A DNA stretch of 64,000 nucleotides from Bispira polyomma (taxonomy: Eukaryota), in assembly GCA_965649765.1 (NCBI GenBank), contig OZ287752.1:52638001-52702000 (forward strand). The letters are read 5' to 3'. The translations under genes were made by a program, and so were the position numbers. Positions 60,617 to 64,000 of this stretch are shown here, one piece after another. Under the pieces are notes generated by a model. The model had not been told where the DNA came from, did not search any database, and saw only the letters and a program-made list of their open reading frames with translations. Position 1 is the stretch's first letter, and every line of letters begins with the position of its first letter.

Positions 60617-63249
60617 AATTTTGGGGTTTGGTGGCATCACTGTAAGATCTAGTCAGTTTAACAGTGCAAGTAGCATATTAATTACCTGTAAACTAAATGA
60701 ATTAACTGTGGGCATAAGGTCCCCCTGTATTATTAAAGTACATATTGTACTCATGTAATTAAAGTTCCACTTAAAACCTAAGTCAAACTTTAATTTGTTA
60801 ATCTTCAAAGTCATATCTAAGTTTCAACTTAAATCTAAATTTCTAAAGTCAACTTCTTTCTTAGTTAGGGTGACTTAAACTCATTCTGGTTTAACCTAAA
60901 GTCCTAAACTCAGTTGACTTAAGGGGACCTTATGCTCACTCAAAGTGCATATCATGTCAAAGAACTGTACATAAATATCTTAGTAATAGTAGCTGTAAAT
61001 ATGAAATAAATATATTTAACCGCAGTATTGTCTTTCTATGACTTGTTCGGTTAATTGAGTTTCCTCAGGCACTACTCCGAGGAACTGTGTAAGCGAACGC
61101 CCTCAGCGTTCGTGGCCTCAGTTCTGGGGTACCAGCCTGGTCTACTATTATGGGATGGTGTACGACTATATAAGGCTCTCCTTTTCAAAATCTCCCGCCT
61201 TTATCGTTCGTCAGCAGAGCAACAACTAGTTTAAAATTCCCACCCTCCACTTACCCCCTTTGAACTGGAATGTCGCTACTATTAGTAGGAATATATTGGT
61301 ATAGATGTCTTAAGAAGTGTTGCACATATTATTGTCAAATGCTACTGTAGTCAGTTATGTATTTTCAGACAAATGGGAGTCAGAATAACTTTGTCAAATG
61401 CCGCACTGCTTGTTGGTGTCCACCACTGGGACCTGCCGTTTGTGTGTAACATCAAGGGTTGTGTCATCAGTTTGTAGAACAGTCTGGCAGACGAGTGTCT
61501 GGGCGGTGTAATACGTCAGTGGTGGACTCTGCGTAAAGCATTATAGTTTACATTATCTACATTCTACTTCAAAGTTTACCTATTCTTATGCGAGTTTGTA
61601 TTACATGTGTCAATTATTGGATAAGGGGTCGTATTATTCGATCACGTAAGGGCGTTGCGGTATGAGCTAGATGTAATGTAGCATAAGATGGGCTAAAATG
61701 TATATGTAAGTTTCTTTTAGTAGCATAATGTGGTATTTGCCTGGGGCTTTATACATGACTGTTTATAAATTTGTTGGGCAGGATAAAGTTTACATTGGTT
61801 TTAACTTCCTCAATCATAGTGCATGAACTATTTTATATCATTTTATATCTTTTACATATCATTGATTGTAACTTTTGTTATGAATATTTTAAAAATTCAG
61901 TCGCAACTGAGTCGCTACTGGGGTTCTGATGTACTATGGTTGGGGGTTTATGATATGCATGATAGAGTATGCGGGTTGGTGGCATCACTGTAAGATCTAG
62001 TCAGTTTAACAGTGCAAGTAGCATATTAATTACCTGTAAACTAAATGAATTAACTGTGGGCATAAGGTCCCCCTGTATTATTAAAGTACATATTGTACTC
62101 ATGTAATTAAAGTTCCACTTAAAACCTAAGTCAAACTTTAATTTGTTAATCTTCAAAGTCATATCTAAGTTTCAACTTAAATCTAAATTTCTAAAGTCAA
62201 CTTCTTTCTTAGTTAGGGTGACTTAAACTCATTCTGGTTTAACCTAAAGTCCTAAACTCAGTTGACTTAAGGGGACCTTATGCTCACTCAAAGTGCATAT
62301 CATGTCAAAGAACTGTACATAAATATCTTAGTAATAGTAGCTGTAAATATGAAATAAATATATTTAACCGCAGTATTGTCTTTCTATGACTTGTTCGGTT
62401 AATTGAGTTTCCTCAGGCACTACTCCGAGGAACTGATATATTTATTTGATGTGTACAACACAGTTTGCAACACAGTCATCCCATACATCTTTTTAGATGT
62501 TTAAACCAATGTTAGCCTTTCTTTTACATTATATACAGCACATCCTGTGGTAGTATAAACATCATTTTCACAATAAATTTACATCAAGAAAACAGCTTCA
62601 TTACTCAAGATTTGGCCGAATAATTCATGTCAGTATATATACAAGTACAAAAGTCCAAAATCCCATTCCACCACAAAATTTGCACAGGGCTGTGTTTTTT
62701 TTCAAATGGCCATTTCAGTATATTTAACTCCATGGCTTGTGGATATTGATACCTTTCAGATCATGTAGAAGGGAAATGAGTATAAAATCAAATGCACAAC
62801 GAGTTTTTAGCTGTTACATTACAATCTCTTACATTTAGTATAAAGTGTTGCATATATTATAGCTATTACTTGTTTGTAATGTCACCAATAGTTCCTCTTT
62901 GTGCTTATTACTTAAATTACTCTTCCTTCTGTTGGACCCATGTGCTTGTTTCTACACAGTTATATAACTCTCACTTGTTTTGTGTTTATTCAATTGAATA
63001 TGTTTTATACTTGAACAACATTTATAACAACAATAGACGTATACTCATGTAAGTCTACACTTGTAACAGAGTCCTTAATGAAGCATGCTACAATATACAT
63101 GAATTAGAAAAATGTAATACAAGGTAATATCTGAAAGGGTATTTCAATGTTTTAATTTCGAGGTACAGTGAGATACAGCACTATTTAGTTGCAAATAAAC
63201 ACTTTTCATCCTTTTTGAAGGTAGCTACTTCTACTACTATAGTAGTACC

Positions 63250-63692
63250 ATACTATACAGAATTTTATTTCACAAAAGAAACAAAACAATGTAGTAACTA
63301 CTGAAGTAAAAATATCACTAATGCATAATAAATGTCTAAATATAATACAGAATTTTACTTCATAAAAAAACCATTGTACTAACTACTCCAGTAAAGATAT
63401 CAGTAATGCATAAAAAATGTATAAATATTATACAGAATTTTATTTCAAAAAGAAAGAAAACATTGTACTAACTACTCGAGTAAAGATATCAGTAATGCAT
63501 AAGAAATGTCTTAATATTATATAGAATTTTATTTCAGAAAAGAAAGAAAACATTTTACTGACTATTCGAATAAATACATCAGTAATACATAAGAAACGTC
63601 TTCATAAAATATAGAATTTTATGTTAGGAAAGAAAGAAAACATTGTATTAACTACTTGAGTAAAGATATCGGTAATGCATAAAACATGTCTT
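63250..63692. repeat. ~89-bp minisatellite, ~5 diverged copies
   Basis: TACAGAATTTTATTTC..GTAAAGATATCAGTAATGCATAA recurs at ~63257, 63346, 63430, 63520 and 63610. Confidence 0.85.
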
Positions 63693-64000
63693 ATTTTCTA
63701 ACTTACTACAAGTAAACCAATTAGCTGGCGATAAAAACAACCATTGAATTAATCAATTCTCATTCAAATACAGGTACATATTTTATATTTTAACAAAATC
63801 TGTTGCAGTATATTACCATAAAAAGTCCCAAAAATGATATGACAAAACTTACTCCAGCTGAATCTACACCTATTGAGAAAGCAAAGTCAAAAACACATTA
63901 GGCTAGGGCATAGTGCTGGCTGCTGGCTATAGATTGGTTCTGGTAGAGGTCTCCTGGTTCATACGCATAATGTGCATTGTTACTCCCACCACTGAAGTAG

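Larger units (their letters stand above)
55894..62435 (+). mobile_element. E4: intact, recently inserted YR retrotransposon (6.54 kb)
   Basis: A1 55894-56044 = A2 61088-61238 (151 bp) and B1 60628-61087 = B2 61976-62435 (460 bp), with no mismatches seen. Three uninterrupted ORFs. Confidence 0.97.

Noticed and set aside
63850-64000. Possible minus-strand exon ending GGA|gtaagt
   Set aside because: At the window edge, with no clean frame or recognisable product.

Overview
AT-rich, intron-containing invertebrate animal DNA, not prokaryotic. About 40% of the window is tyrosine-recombinase (YR) retrotransposons of the DIRS order, with Ngaro/PAT-type split direct repeats (A1-gag-RT/RNaseH-YR-B1-A2-spacer-B2). 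Four diverged + strand copies are present: E1 <1-5418, E2 36132-~41318, E3 45122-52534 and E4 55894-62435. E4 is intact, with identical repeat pairs. There is also a 5' fragment (24959-25838) and a tandemly duplicated minus-strand A+spacer fragment (53061-54282). The host gene is a minus-strand multi-exon receptor tyrosine-kinase-like gene (27552 to <6086): signal peptide, EMI-like, FN3, TM and a degenerate-looking kinase. MADF/Harbinger-like remnants, TTAA MITEs, SINEs and tandem repeats fill the rest. The main finding comes from comparing the elements, which suggests a retrovirus-like three-product expression scheme. (i) Gag. (ii) Gag-Pol made by a -1 ribosomal frameshift: A AAA AAC, a 6-nt spacer and an identical 8-bp stem in E2 and E4. 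(iii) A Gag(N)-YR fusion made by splicing: a phase-1 CAAG|GTAA donor in gag (E3, E4) joined to a phase-1 YAG acceptor just after the RT/RNaseH stop in all four elements. A conserved non-coding A2-B2 spacer beginning with CCCACC may be a separate structured RNA. All coordinates were counted by eye.
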